Assembly: GCA_963745025.1 (NCBI GenBank) | Contig: CAVUWD010000002.1 | Coordinates: 1-64,000 of the forward strand | Source: an uncultured delta proteobacterium | GTDB taxonomy: Bacteria; Desulfobacterota; Binatia; JACPRU01 | DNA length: 64,000 bases | Direction of reading: 5' to 3' | Part shown: piece by piece, positions 29,645 through 39,298 of the stretch | Layout: each line of letters opens with the position of its first letter | Position numbering within the stretch: position 1 is the stretch's first letter | Position numbers and translations under genes: made by a program | Notes under the pieces: model-generated | Database searches by the model: none | What the model saw: the letters and a program-made list of their open reading frames with translations, nothing else | Told to the model about the DNA's origin: nothing

Positions 29645-31356
29645 CGAAGAGGATCATCCTGTTCGTCGCCCTCGTTCTCGTCGCCGCGCTCGCGGCCGCG
29701 CCTCGCCGCTGGGTTCCTCGCCTGCTCGAGCCCGCGCGCGCCGTGCTCGTCGGCGACGCCGCGTACCGGAGCCCGCCCGCGACCCTGCCGATCGACCTCG
29801 GAACGAGCGAGCCTCCCTGCGCGAACGAGCACCCGGAGTGGCGCGACGCGCAGGTGATCGAGGGTGTGGCGATCGAGCGCTCGACGGTATGCGAGCCCGA
29901 CAATCCGTACCTCGTCGCGGCCGTCGTCAAAGGCACCAACAACGTCTCGATGGAGACGTTGATGAAATCCGGTCTCGCTCCCGACGCGGTGGTCAAGACG
30001 AACGATCGCGACGGCGACGGCGACCCCGACGACGTCCACATCAAGCTCGAGGTGGTGGAGCTGAACGGCCACTCGCCCGACACCCCGGAGCTCATTCCGC
30101 GCTTTCCGATCGCGCCTGGCATCGAGCCCGGATTCTGGGTCTTTGCGCCGAAGAGCTTCGGAATGGCGACGAGGAGCCTCGAGGACCTGCGCGCGAATCC
30201 ACTCTTTCGCGTTCCGTCCCCCTCGATCCGCGTCGAGCAGGGAGACCACGTCTCCGTCACGCTCGAGAACACGCATTACCTGCCGCACACGATCCATTTT
30301 CACGGCGTCGATCATCCCTATCATTTCTTCCTCGACACCCCCGACGTGAAGGACGCGCGGGTCGGCAACGACGGCGTACCGGAGACCGACGAGCACACGG
30401 TCATGCCCGGCGACAGCCACACCTACGAGTTCACGCCGCGCCATGCGGGCACGAAATTCTACCACTGCCACGTCCAGCCGCAGGCGCACCTGTTGATGGG
30501 GCTCCAGGGGATGTTCGTGGTCGAGGAGAACCGGCCCGACAACTGGCTCGAGACGCTGAACGTCGGCGCCGGCCAGGTCCGCCATCCCTCGGTCGCGGTC
30601 CGCGAGCAGTACGCGAGCGAATACGACCTCCACTACATGGATCTGGACAAGAGCTTGCACGAGCTCGTGCAGAAGGTGAACGACCCGCGCCTGATCGCCC
30701 GGGCGATCAACCGCACCTACAACATCACGAAGCGGGTGGCGACGTACTTCCTGCTGAACGGGCGGTCGTTCCCGTACACGTTCCGCGAGTCGCTGGTGGT
30801 GGTGAAGCCGGACGAGAAGGTGAAGCTTCGGGTGCTGAACGGCGGGATGTCGTTGATCTCGCTTCATCCGCACGGCCAGGCGGTGACGGAGACCGACCTC
30901 GACGGGATCGAGGTTCCCCCCGCGGCGCGGGTCACACGCGACGTCGTGGCGATCGCCGCCGCGCAGCGCGTCGATCTTCTCCTCGACACCACGAACGACG
31001 GCCTCCACAGCTACGGCGACGGCGTGTGGCTGCTCCACGATCACAACGAGCACGCGTTCACGACCGACGGCGTGAGTCCCGGAGGAAGCATCAGCGCGAT
31101 CGCCTACGAGTCGTATCTCGACGCGACCGGCTGGCCGATCACGCACGGCATCGACTGGAAGCCCTTCTTCTCGCCCGACTACTATCGCCGAAAGATTCCG
31201 GTGTGGGTCACCTACGACGACCTGGGGATGCTCGGCGAGGCCGGACCCACGTCGCCGGCACCGAGGCAAGTGGCCGCGCGTGCGCTGCTCGCGGGTCTCG
31301 TAGCCGGCGCGCTCGGATCGGGGTTCGGCCGGCGGCGTCCGAGGCGGCTGCTTTGA
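29641..31356 (+). CDS. Membrane-anchored two-domain multicopper oxidase
   Basis: HTIHFHG, YHCHVQPQAHLLMG (type-1 Cu in domain 1), LHPHG, WLLHDH in domain 2; DRDGDGDPDD loop; hydrophobic segments at both termini; GTGA overlap with pmoD. Confidence 0.9.
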   Translation: MTKRIILFVALVLVAALAAAPRRWVPRLLEPARAVLVGDAAYRSPPATLPIDLGTSEPPCANEHPEWRDAQVIEGVAIERSTVCEPDNPYLVAAVVKGTNNVSMETLMKSGLAPDAVVKTNDRDGDGDPDDVHIKLEVVELNGHSPDTPELIPRFPIAPGIEPGFWVFAPKSFGMATRSLEDLRANPLFRVPSPSIRVEQGDHVSVTLENTHYLPHTIHFHGVDHPYHFFLDTPDVKDARVGNDGVPETDEHTVMPGDSHTYEFTPRHAGTKFYHCHVQPQAHLLMGLQGMFVVEENRPDNWLETLNVGAGQVRHPSVAVREQYASEYDLHYMDLDKSLHELVQKVNDPRLIARAINRTYNITKRVATYFLLNGRSFPYTFRESLVVVKPDEKVKLRVLNGGMSLISLHPHGQAVTETDLDGIEVPPAARVTRDVVAIAAAQRVDLLLDTTNDGLHSYGDGVWLLHDHNEHAFTTDGVSPGGSISAIAYESYLDATGWPITHGIDWKPFFSPDYYRRKIPVWVTYDDLGMLGEAGPTSPAPRQVAARALLAGLVAGALGSGFGRRRPRRLL

Positions 31357-32016
31357 CCGCCGCGGTCGTCGCGGCGCTCGCGGCCGTGCTCGCCGTCGGT
31401 GCGGGCTGCCGCCGAGCCCGCCGCGGATCGCTCGCACGAGGGCCATGCGATGGGCGGCATGCAGATGTCGGCGCAGGGCATGGTGATGAACCAGAACACC
31501 GACCGCCTGCCGCAAGACTGCGCGAGCATCTCGCAGGACGTCGCGATCACGGTTCATGCGGGAAGGAAGTACGCCGCGAAGTATCCGGGAACGATGTACG
31601 CCTACGATCGGGGTGCGTGGGACGTGCCGCCGTGCTCGCGGGTCACCGTCACCTTGGTGAACGAAGACCGCGTGCGCCATCAGTGGATGCTTCACGGCCT
31701 GCCGCGCTACCTCTACCCCGAAGGGATGTTCCATCTCGAGGTGAGCGGCCCCGGGGAGGGAAGCGGCACCTTCATCGTGCCGAGCGCGAAGAAGACCTAC
31801 CTCGTCCATTGCGACGTGCCGCAGCACGCCGAGAAGGGCATGAAGGCCGAGCTCACGGTGGACGGCGGCGACGGCGACCTGCCGAGCATTCCGGGCGTGT
31901 CGGCTGCGATCGAGCCCGACGCCTATCGCGTTCGCTGGGACGCGGCCACGCTGATCGTGGCGGGGGCGATGGGGTTTCTCGGCGCGGTATTCGGGTTCCG
32001 CGCGCTGCGACGGTAG
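31353..32016 (+). CDS. Membrane-anchored cupredoxin (type-1 copper protein); probable +1 indel near 31403 splits off the signal peptide
   Basis: TTG at 31353 overlapping the MCO stop gives MTAAVVAALAAVLAVGA; next frame gives His/Met-rich SHEGHAMGGMQM, RHQWMLH, HCDVPQHAEKGM, C-terminal TM. Confidence 0.85.
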
Positions 32017-32052
32017 GGCGTCAGTCTCGATAGAATGCTCGGCGATACGAAA

Positions 32053-32477
32053 AGCGCGCTTGGTGTTCGTCGATCCGTACTCGGATCGACGAAGAACCAA
32101 GCGCAACAGCGCTAAACGCAATCTCGGTAGCTCAATCGATCGGAGACGGGATCGCGACCAGCGGGAGCGATCCGACACGGACGCTGATCTCGGTAGCTCA
32201 GCCCAAAAACCTCAATTACCTACCCCGGTCTGCATGAAATCCAACTGTGGCGCAGTTCGATTCTTCAGCGATAACTCTTTGAACCTGCGGGGGTTTCCCG
32301 CACCATTTTCTATGGAATTGAGGGTTTTGGGCTCAGTCGATCGGAGATGAGTCGCGACCGGCAGGAGCGACTGTGAAAGACGTAGACCGATTCGGTGGGT
32401 TATCGTTTTCCGCGCTGCGCGCGGTTGCGGTCGGTTGTGACCGACTCGAGTACGGGCCGATCACAACCGACCGCGCT
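32053..32477. repeat. Composite inverted repeat element 3 containing two motif C copies and a nested MITE
   Basis: Hairpin 32056-32104 (loop GTACTC), motif C at 32123-32172 and a split copy at 32189-32370, leader plus hairpin 32408-32474 (loop GAGTAC). Confidence 0.9.
32201..32332. mobile_element. MITE (about 130 bp, non-autonomous)
   Basis: Terminal IRs GCCCAAAAACCTCAATT / AATTGAGGGTTTTGGGC (1 mismatch), flanked by TCA direct repeats (CTCAG if ends are placed one base inward); AT-richer interior; removal restores an intact motif C copy. Confidence 0.85.
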
Positions 32478-32514
32478 CTCGATCTTCCCGAAGGATTCGG
32501 AGGTGAGGTGATCG

Positions 32515-33423
32515 GTGACGCACGCTCCTGACGTCGTGCCGTCCCGGTCGCAGCGCGCACGGAAGGTCCTCGCGACCGCTGCCGTACTGGCGGCCGTCGG
32601 CGCCGCCCTCGTCGTGCCGCTCTGGCGGGCGAGCCCGCGGCTCCACGGCGCGGCGGAGGCCGAGATCGCGCCCCACGCCTACGCGGCGAGCGAGCCGATC
32701 GCCTGCGCGGGCGCTTCTCGAGCCGGGCCCGCGGGCGCCTCCCGACACGAGGCGACTCCCCGCGGGCTTCGCTACATGGTGAAGACTCCCGCCAACTATG
32801 ACCCGACGCGGGCGCATCCGCTGCTCGTCGTTTACGCGTCCCACGGAGCGAATCGGTTTCTATCCGAGCGTTACGTGGGTCTCACGCGCGCGGCCACGGC
32901 CGAGGGATTCATCGTCGTTTACGCGGACAGCCGTACGCTCGATCGGGCGACGATCGAAGATCTCGGCGGCATTCCCGAGAGCGTGGCGGCGCGGTGGTGC
33001 GTCGATCGCGGCCGAATCTATTTCACCGGGCACTCCGACGGCGGTACGGCGGCGACCGCGATCACGGTCCTCGGCACGTCGCCGGCCGCTCCGGCAGCGA
33101 TCGCGCCGAGCGCCGCCGGATTCCGCCGCGAGGACCTGACGGCGCTCGCCTGCCCACCGCCGGTCTCCGTCATGGTGCTGCACAGCCGTGACGACGAGCT
33201 CTTTCCCTCGTTCGGCCGCGCGGCGGCCGAATGGTGGGCCGCCTGCAACGGTTGCGGGGCGAAGCCGGTGCCGCGCGCCGACGGCTGCCTCGTCTTCCCG
33301 GACTGTCAGCCACAGGGCGCAACGCTCTACTGCGAGGGCGAGGGTAGACACGTGGATTGGCCGGACCGCAACCGGGCGCTGCTCGAGTTCTTTGGGTCGG
33401 CGAGAATCGTCGGTCGGCAATGA
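32515..33423 (+). CDS. Periplasmic alpha/beta esterase (PHB depolymerase/LpqC-like)
   Basis: N-terminal TM, PANYDPTRAHPLLVVY, RIYFTGHSDGG, VLHSRDD, WAACNGC, GRHVDWP. Confidence 0.82.
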   Translation: MTHAPDVVPSRSQRARKVLATAAVLAAVGAALVVPLWRASPRLHGAAEAEIAPHAYAASEPIACAGASRAGPAGASRHEATPRGLRYMVKTPANYDPTRAHPLLVVYASHGANRFLSERYVGLTRAATAEGFIVVYADSRTLDRATIEDLGGIPESVAARWCVDRGRIYFTGHSDGGTAATAITVLGTSPAAPAAIAPSAAGFRREDLTALACPPPVSVMVLHSRDDELFPSFGRAAAEWWAACNGCGAKPVPRADGCLVFPDCQPQGATLYCEGEGRHVDWPDRNRALLEFFGSARIVGRQ

Positions 33424-33693
33424 GCTGACGCATCTGCGGAGCAAACTTGCAGACGGGGGTGTCTTCGAGTAGTTGCGTCATGAAGAGGAGTTGCGCGGCG
33501 GGGTGGATGGCGCTCCCGCCGCATATCGCCGATAGTCACCGTGCGATGGAGTGAAACTTGCTTGAGTTCTGGCTCGAGCGCTGACTGAATTCAAGCGTCC
33601 GGCGCTGCGGCCCGATTTTTCCGACGTCTTCTCCGGGAGAGCTAGTTAGTAGCGGCCTTCGAGCGGTGGCTGGTCGGGCAGGGGAGGAGGCAA

Positions 33694-34278
33694 ATGTACA
33701 ATTCTTGGGCAACCGGCAGGATAACCTCCCCGACGGATGGGCGGACGCTCATCCGTTCTTCGAATGAGATCAGTGAAAGCGCGGTCGCCTGGTATATCGT
33801 GCAGACCAAGCCGCACAAGGAGGGATCGGTCGAGAGCTTTCTCAGGGGCAAGGCGCGAGATGTATTTCTGCCGCGGATCGTCGAGCGAGTGAGAGCGGGT
33901 CGGACGATGCAACGTCGCGTCTCGCCGATGTTCCCGTCTTATCTATTCGCGCGTCTATCGCTCGATTCTCTCGGCAAGACCGTACGTTACACGCAAGGTG
34001 TGCGGGATTTCGTGCGCTTCGGCGGTCGTGCCCAGCCGGTCGCACCCGAAATCATCGACGCTCTCCGCATGCGAACTGAACCGCTAGGGTTCTACGAGCC
34101 TCCGCCGATCCGCTTCCGGGCGGGGGAGCGGCTCGAGATCAACGAGGGGCCGCTCCGCGGTCTAGCGGTGGTCTTCGAGCGCGAGATGAAAGGGCCCGAG
34201 CGGGTCGCCGTGCTGCTGGCCGAAATGTGTCTCGCCGCACGCGTGATTCTGGGATCCGAAGCTCTCTCGAGGGCGTAA
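33694..34278 (+). CDS. NusG paralog transcription antiterminator (RfaH/UpxY-like)
   Basis: WYIVQTKPHKE, PMFPSYLF, VRYTQGVRDFVRFG, KOW motif GERLEINEGPLRG; GGAGGAGG RBS; first gene of polysaccharide cluster. Confidence 0.9.
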   Translation: MYNSWATGRITSPTDGRTLIRSSNEISESAVAWYIVQTKPHKEGSVESFLRGKARDVFLPRIVERVRAGRTMQRRVSPMFPSYLFARLSLDSLGKTVRYTQGVRDFVRFGGRAQPVAPEIIDALRMRTEPLGFYEPPPIRFRAGERLEINEGPLRGLAVVFEREMKGPERVAVLLAEMCLAARVILGSEALSRA

Positions 34279-34334
34279 CGATTCGATCGGCAGTCGTTCG
34301 ACGTGCCGACCTGGCTCTCTCGTAGCGATCGACG

Positions 34335-35319
34335 GTGCACTATCTGATCACAGGCGGGGCGGGGTTCATCGGCTCGCACCTCGCCGAGCGTCTGATCTCG
34401 CTCGGTGACAGTGTCACCATCATCGACGACCTCTCGACCGGGTCGATCGATAACATCACGCATCTTCGAGCCTCACCCGAAATTTCACTACGTGATCGAC
34501 GTCGATCGAGGAAAAGAGCCTACTCGGCCGAGCTCGTGGACGAGGCGGACGTCGTCTACCACCTCGCCGCCGCGGTCGGCGTTCGGCTGATCGTCGAGAG
34601 CCCGGTCGCGCACCATCGAGACGAACGTCCACGGCACGGAGGTCGTGCTCGAGCTGCGCCGACGAAGAAGAAGAAGCGCGTGCTGATCGCCTCGCACGTC
34701 CGAGGTGTACGGCAAGCGCGAAGCGAGTGCCCTTCCGCGAGGACGACGACCTCGTCCTCGGCCGCACCGACGAAGGGCCGCTGGAGCTACGCGTGCTCGA
34801 AGGCGATCGACGAGTTCCTCGCGCTCGCGTACTGGCACGAGAAGAAGCTGCCGATCGGTGGTCGTGCGCCTCTTCAACACCGTCGGCCCGCGCCAGACCG
34901 GCCGCTACGGCATGGTGATCCCGAACTTCGTCCCGCAGGCGCTCGCCGGCCGCGACCGATCACCGTCTACGGCGACGGCACGCAGATCGCGCTGCTTCAC
35001 GCCACGTCCCCGACGTGGTCGGCGCGTCATCGTCGCTCGTCATCGCCGCCGGAGCGCCCGTCGGCGAGGTCTTCAACGTCGGCAGCGACCACGAGATCAC
35101 GATCAATGCGCTCGCTGCGATGGTGCGGGAAATGACGGAGAGCACGTCCGAGATCGTCCACATTCCCTACGATCAGGCGTACGCCGACGGTTTCGAGGAC
35201 ATGCGCCGGCGGATCCCGACCTGACGAAGCTCCGGCGCTTCACCGGGCACGCGCCGAGCAACGGCATCCGCGAAATCCTCCGGGACGTGATCGAATCCAT
35301 GCGCGCGAGCGTGCCATGA
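34335..35319 (+). CDS. NDP-sugar epimerase/dehydratase (heavily frameshifted)
   Basis: LITGGAGFIGSH, YHLAAAVGVRLIVESP, RWSYACSKAIDEFLALAY, RLFNTVGPRQTGRYGMVIP, GFEDMRRR across frames. Confidence 0.88.
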
Positions 35320-37175
35320 GCCCCTGGCTTCCTTGGTTGGCGTCCTTCGCCGCCGGAGTGATTCTGGTACCGGCGGTTCGCGGGATCGCGCGCAAGCGAG
35401 ACTGGATCGCGCCGCCCAAGCCGGACCGCTGGCACCGTGCGCCGACGGCGTTGATGGGCGGCGTCGCGATCTGGATGGCCGTGCTCGCCGGCGTCGCGCC
35501 GGCGGCGATCCATGACATGGGCCGCTGGGAAGCCTGGATCGCGCTCCTCGCGGGAGGATCGTTCCTCTGCGCGATCGGCGCCATCGACGATCGGCTGAAC
35601 CTGAAGCCCGCGAGCAAGGTTGTCGCGCAGCTCGTCGCGGCCGCCGTCGCAGTCGGAGCGGGATACCAGATCCGCTTCTTCCATAGCCAGCTCCTGAACC
35701 TCGCCGTCTCGTTCTTCTGGATCGTGGCCATCACCAATGCCGTGAACCTGCTCGACAACATGGACGGTCTCGCGGCGGGCATCGTGATGATCGCCGGCCG
35801 GGTACATCGGCTGGATGCGCGCCGGGAGCAGCGATTCGGTGCTCGCCATGGCGCTCGCCGGCAGCCTCGGCGCGTTCCTGATCTTCAACTTCAACCCGGC
35901 GTCGATCTTCATGGGCGACTCGGGAGCATGTTCATCGGCTACACGCTGGCCGGCCTCTCGCTCGCTCGCGACGATGCCTCCAACATCGTCTCCTTCGTCG
36001 CCGTGCCGGCGGCGACGCTTCTCGTGCCGATCCTCGACACCAGCCTCGTCACCGTCACGCGCCTCGTGCGCGGCCGCTCGATCGCCGAGGGCGGGCGGGA
36101 CCATGCCTCGCACCGTCTCGTCATGCTGGGCCTCAGCGAGCGCGAGGCCGTCGGCGTACTCTGGTTCCTGGCGCTCGTCGCCGGCGCCGCCGCGAATTTC
36201 ACCAAGGCCTACTCGTACCAGCTCGGCCTCGGCCTCCTGCCGGTGATCATCATCGGCTTCGGCCTCCTCGGCATCTATCTCTCCCGGCTGAGCTTCGTCG
36301 AGGAAGGAAATGCCGGGCTCGACAAGCAGGGATACGTCCGCCTGGCGCTCGACATCTCGTACAAGCGCCGCGTGCTCGAAGTGCTGCTCGACTTCGTGCT
36401 GATCGTCGTTTGCTACTATCTCGCCTACGGCCTGCGGTTCGAGTTCCAGATGCCTCGCGGGATGTTCGCGCTCTTCGAGAAATCGCTGCCCATAGTGGTG
36501 GCGATGACGATGCTCGCGTTCTTCTACCAGGGCGTGTACCGGGGTTCTGGACGTACGTGAGCACGGAGGATCTGACCAAGTACGTCAAAGCCTGCGCTCT
36601 CGCGGTCTTGCTCACAGTGCTCTCGATCGTGCTGATCCACCGATTCGACGGGTATCCGCGGTCGGTTTTCGCCATCTACGGGCTTCCTGATGTTCGTCGG
36701 CGTGGGCGGCACGCGCGTTTCGTTCCGCTTGATGGACGAGGCGCTGCAGCGCCGGCGTCCCGGCCATCCGGTGCTGATCGTCGGCGCGGGCAGCGGCGGC
36801 GAGATGGCGGCTCGCGAGCTGCTGCGCAACCCCGAGCTCGGACGCAAGGTCGCGGGCTTCGTCGACGACGACCGGCTGAAGCAGGGGCGGAGGATTCACG
36901 GGTACGCGGTGCTCGGGGGCACAGCCGATCTCGAGCGGGTGCGCGAGCTCGTGCCGTTCGAGGAGGTGGTGCTGACGACTCACAAGCTCTCGCCGGCCGC
37001 GCTCGAGCGGCTCAAGGAGTTCAGCCAGCGACGCCGGGTTCCGCTTCGCCGCTTCCGCGTCGAGCTCCTCCACGATTTCGCGCCGCTTGCTCCGCGAGTC
37101 GAGCCCGAGCGTGCGGCCGAGCGGCCGGTTGAGCCGCTCGGGGTGGCGCTCGCCCGTTTGCCGAGGGCGCGATAA
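35316..37175 (+). CDS. WecA/MraY-family polyprenyl-phosphate sugar-1-phosphate transferase fused to a CapD-like TM + Rossmann domain (frameshifted)
   Basis: ITNAVNLLDNMDGLA, FNFNPASIFMGDSGS, GGRDHASHRL, then YGLRFEF, GVYRG, VLIVGAGSGG, GFVDDD. Confidence 0.85.
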
Positions 37176-37176
37176 C

Positions 37177-38256
37177 TTGCGGAACGGCACGGGCGTGGTC
37201 GTGGCTTCTCTCCTCCTATCGGGGATCGTTCCCGAGCTCGGATGCGGGACGGCCGTGTCGCGACCGCCCGCCGCGGACGATGCGGCACACCAAGCAGAGC
37301 TGGCGCGTTTGGTAGAGGAGCGCTCTCGACCGACCGACCGCGTGAACTACGTGATCGGCCCGGGCGACAAGATCGACGTGCGCGTGCAGAACCTCCAAGA
37401 GCTCACGGGAACGTGGGAGGTCTCCGAAGAGGGCACGGTGGTCTTTCCGCTGCTGGGATCGGTGAAGCTCGCGGGATCGACCGAGCGAGAAGCCGCCGAA
37501 CGCATACGCGGCCAGCTCGTCGACTTCATGGTGGCGCCCGAGATCGCGCTGTCGGTCAAGGAGTTCCACGGCCAGCAGGTCTCGGTCATCGGCGCGGTCG
37601 GGAAGCCCGGCGTCTATGCGCTTCATGGCTTCGACGAGACGATCGCCGACGTCATCACCGAGGCCGGCGGCGTCAGCCAGAACGCCGAAACGCGCATCTA
37701 CTTCACGCCCGCAACCGGGGCTCCCGAAGCCTTGGGTAGCGAGGCGGCGGCACGCCTGGCGATCAGCGGTCCGCCCGGGAGCTTCGGGCCGAAGACCAAG
37801 GCGGTGTCGATCGACTTCGCGCCGGTCTACCGTGGGCACGAGGTGCCGGAGCTCCGCATCCCGGTTCGCGGCGGAGACGTCATCCTCGTTCCGCAGAGCG
37901 GAGAAGTCTACGTCGACGGCTGGGTGAACGCGCCCGGGGCCTTTCCCGTCACACGCGCGCACACGCTCAGCGAGGCGATCGTCAACGCGGGCGATCTTCA
38001 CTTCGCGGCCTCGACCGGGCCGCTCACGCTCCAGCGCGCGGGCGCCGACGGCGAAGTGAAAACGTACCAGGTCGACTATGAGCGCATCTTGAGCGGGCAA
38101 GATCCGGACTTGCCGCTGGACACCGGCGACAAGATCAAGGTGGCGTCGAACCCGGTGAAGGTCGTTCCGTGGTCGGTGTTCGCCTTGATCAAGGGGCTCG
38201 TGACTTTCTCAGTCGGCGGATCTCAGACCAAGACGGTCGGGCCCGGGGCCGAGTGA
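37177..38256 (+). CDS. wza: Polysaccharide export protein (Wza/OPX family, SLBB domains), copy 1
   Basis: YVIGPGDKIDV, GTVVFPLLGSVKLAG, VSVIGAVGKPG, VYVDGWVNAPG; start uncertain. Confidence 0.85.
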   Translation: MRNGTGVVVASLLLSGIVPELGCGTAVSRPPAADDAAHQAELARLVEERSRPTDRVNYVIGPGDKIDVRVQNLQELTGTWEVSEEGTVVFPLLGSVKLAGSTEREAAERIRGQLVDFMVAPEIALSVKEFHGQQVSVIGAVGKPGVYALHGFDETIADVITEAGGVSQNAETRIYFTPATGAPEALGSEAAARLAISGPPGSFGPKTKAVSIDFAPVYRGHEVPELRIPVRGGDVILVPQSGEVYVDGWVNAPGAFPVTRAHTLSEAIVNAGDLHFAASTGPLTLQRAGADGEVKTYQVDYERILSGQDPDLPLDTGDKIKVASNPVKVVPWSVFALIKGLVTFSVGGSQTKTVGPGAE

Positions 38257-39293
38257 GGATCCACGAATATCTGGTGGCACTAGTCGGCCTCGTCTTGGCT
38301 GGCTGTGCCGCAGCGCAGCGGCCTCCGGTGGTGCGCGCCACGCCAGCCGAAACCGCGCGCGTCCAGCAGCTTCTCGCCGAGCGCACGACGAGCGCGCCCT
38401 CGAGCCGGACCATCGCCCCCGGCGACCGGCTCAACGTCAAGGTCGCGAACCTCGACGAGCTGAGCGGGGAGTTCTTGGTCGCCAAGGATGGGACGATATC
38501 GCTGCCGCTCGTCGGCGACCTCGCGGTCTCGGGGAAGCGCGACGTGGACGTCGCCGAGATGCTGCGCGACCGGCTCGCTGCGCAGTACCTGCAAGCACCG
38601 CAAGTTCTCGTGTCGCTCGTTGGCTATCAAGGCCAGCGAGTGGCGGTGATCGGGGCGGTGCGCACCCCCGGATTCTACGAGATCGATAAGCAGGGCGAGA
38701 CGATTCTCGATCTCATCACCAAGGCGGGAGGAATCGCCGGAGCTGCCGGTCCGAAGGTATATTTCTCCCCCGCGGAAGGAGCAAATTCCGCTTTCGAGCC
38801 CGCCGTGCTTTCGTCGGGGGACTCGGATCTAGGCACGGCTCTCAAGGGAAGAAACCCCCTCGAGATCGATCTCACCGACCTCTACCAGGGACGCGCGGTC
38901 GCCGCGCTCGGCATCCCGGTGCGCGACGGCGACCTCATCGCCGTGCAGCAGGGCGGCGAGATCTTCGTAGGGGGGTGGGTCGAGAAGCCGAATCTGTATT
39001 CGCTGCAACCGGCAATGACCGTGACGCAGGTGATCACCAAGGCCGGTGGCCTTCACGTGGCGGCTTCGTCTGACTCCGTGACGATCAGCCGCGGGGATGC
39101 CGACGGCCATCTGCGCGACTACCGCGTCGACTACCCGGCGATGGTTGCCGGTAGCGAGCAGGATGTCTTGCTCGAGCCGGGCGACAAGGTCTACGTCGGA
39201 GTGAGCCCGGTGAAGGTCGTGCCGTGGAGCGTTTACGCAGTCCTGGCCACCGTCATTCGCGTGGGCGTCGGGGCTAGTGTAGCGTTGTTCTGA
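38253..39293 (+). CDS. wza: Polysaccharide export lipoprotein (Wza/OPX family), copy 2
   Basis: Lipobox LAGC, IAPGDRLNV, DGTISLPLVG, YLQAPQV, VAVIGAVRTPG. Confidence 0.88.
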   Translation: MRIHEYLVALVGLVLAGCAAAQRPPVVRATPAETARVQQLLAERTTSAPSSRTIAPGDRLNVKVANLDELSGEFLVAKDGTISLPLVGDLAVSGKRDVDVAEMLRDRLAAQYLQAPQVLVSLVGYQGQRVAVIGAVRTPGFYEIDKQGETILDLITKAGGIAGAAGPKVYFSPAEGANSAFEPAVLSSGDSDLGTALKGRNPLEIDLTDLYQGRAVAALGIPVRDGDLIAVQQGGEIFVGGWVEKPNLYSLQPAMTVTQVITKAGGLHVAASSDSVTISRGDADGHLRDYRVDYPAMVAGSEQDVLLEPGDKVYVGVSPVKVVPWSVYAVLATVIRVGVGASVALF

Positions 39294-39298
39294 GGGGG

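Noticed and set aside
34335-36700. Inactivation of the polysaccharide cluster by frameshifts
   Set aside because: Dense indels without motif decay; most likely a low-quality consensus, untestable without reads
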